In this document: positions 26,361-27,354 of the stretch, in pieces
Numbering within the stretch: the first letter of the stretch is position 1
How the letters are laid out: each line of letters starts with the position of its first letter
Program-made: the position numbers and the translations under genes
The notes under the pieces: model-generated
The model's input: the letters and a program-made list of their open reading frames with translations, nothing else
Databases searched by the model: none
What the model was told of the DNA's origin: nothing
Source: Verrucomicrobiota bacterium
GTDB lineage: Bacteria; Verrucomicrobiota; Verrucomicrobiia; Verrucomicrobiales; DEV007
DNA: 27,354 nucleotides
Assembly (NCBI GenBank): GCA_045046875.1
Contig: JASFYY010000125.1
Location: 1 to 27,354 of the forward strand
Direction: 5' to 3'

Positions 26361-27354
26361 AAAACCGACGACCAAACATTTTGTGGTACTGCACCGATCA
26401 GCAGCGTTTTGATACCATCGCAGCCCTCGGCAATAAGTATGTCCAAACCGCGACTCTCGATGCACTGGTCGAAGCAGGGGTGAGTTTTACCCATACCTAT
26501 TGCCAAAGCCCTATTTGCACTCCGAGCCGCTCCAGCTTCATGACGGGACTCTATCCCACCCGGGTTCACAATACGCGCAACGGCAACGACACCCTCGACA
26601 ATCATCCACCGCTGATTTCGCGCCTGATCGCCGATGCCGGGTACGATTGCGGAATGGTCGGGAAATTTCATTTGCTCAGTTCAGGTAATCGAACGGAGCC
26701 ACGCCTTGATGATGGTTTTTCGTTTTGGAAATTCAGTCATGCTCCACGAGATGATTGGCAGCAAGGGCATGACTACGCCGATTGGGTGCGCGAACAAGGC
26801 GGTGATTTAGACAAAATGCGAAAGAGCGAAGATCAGGTGTCTCCCCACTTGCATCAGACCCACTGGGCGACGAATCGAGCGATCGAGTTTATTGATCAAC
26901 AACGCGATCCTGAGCAGCCGTGGATGGTGAACATCAACGTCTATGATCCTCACCCTCCCTTTGTTCCTCCGAAAGAATACGCACAACGGTTCAATCCCGA
27001 CGACATGCCGGGACCGTATTTTCGTGACAGCGATCTCGCCCAACAAGCCAAGTTGGAGCATTGTGATTTTCAGGGGGAAGTGCAAACTCCCGATGGTCAC
27101 CAAGCAAAAAAATGCCAGGCGCTCTATTACGCGATGATCGCGCAGATCGACGATCAGTTTGCCCGACTGCTCGCGCATCTCGATGAGACCGGGCAGCGTG
27201 CTGAGACCGTAATCATTTTCACTTCCGACCACGGCGAGACGCTGGGTGATCATGGTTTGATGCAAAAAGGCTGCCGCTTTTACGAGGGGCTGGTGCGAGT
27301 CCCCTTGATCATTTCATGGCCAGGGCATTTTCAGCAAAACCTGCGTGCTGACGG
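26357..27354 (+). CDS. Sulfatase family S1, truncated by the window edge
   Basis: Not in the ORF track because it has no stop in the window. MKNRRPNILWYCTDQQRFD..CQSPICTPSRSSFMTG..GKFHL..DPHPP..FTSDHGETLGDHG..KG..FYEG..RVPLI. ATGA overlap with the tctA stop. Confidence 0.93.
   Translation, partial: MKNRRPNILWYCTDQQRFDTIAALGNKYVQTATLDALVEAGVSFTHTYCQSPICTPSRSSFMTGLYPTRVHNTRNGNDTLDNHPPLISRLIADAGYDCGMVGKFHLLSSGNRTEPRLDDGFSFWKFSHAPRDDWQQGHDYADWVREQGGDLDKMRKSEDQVSPHLHQTHWATNRAIEFIDQQRDPEQPWMVNINVYDPHPPFVPPKEYAQRFNPDDMPGPYFRDSDLAQQAKLEHCDFQGEVQTPDGHQAKKCQALYYAMIAQIDDQFARLLAHLDETGQRAETVIIFTSDHGETLGDHGLMQKGCRFYEGLVRVPLIISWPGHFQQNLRAD

Noticed and set aside
17920..27354. Prophage or integrative element at tRNA-Leu
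   Set aside because: No integrase, and I found no repeat of the tRNA 3' end by eye within the window.

Overview
Bacterial chromosomal window of moderate GC. The gene content suggests a PVC organism, most likely Verrucomicrobiota (inference from sulfatases, a ceramidase-like exported protein, lipid A acyltransferase and an ilvE-mcsA-mcsB-clpC block). Left to right: an AT-rich segment with a near-perfect palindrome; a 5'-truncated ferredoxin abutting a 5'-truncated LysR remnant that the ORF track misses; a minus-strand lolD-like/ilvE/mcsA/mcsB/clpC run with no adjacent ctsR; a ceramidase-like protein; an arylsulfatase; an unknown membrane-anchored protein; glnB with a sigma54 promoter; a composite REP-like inverted-repeat element; an LpxL-family acyltransferase; an M42/M20-like metallohydrolase; a 1163-aa PPi-type PEP carboxykinase with a strong sigma54 promoter; tRNA-Leu(TAG); an RNA-repair module (rtcR divergent from rtcA-rtcB, sigma54 promoter, rtcR apparently starting at ATT); and a catabolic cluster of a Tat-exported beta-propeller, a TctC-TctB fusion, TctA and a sulfatase running off the window edge. 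No CRISPR array, rRNA, integrase or transposase is visible. All protein calls come from motif recognition, not database searches.
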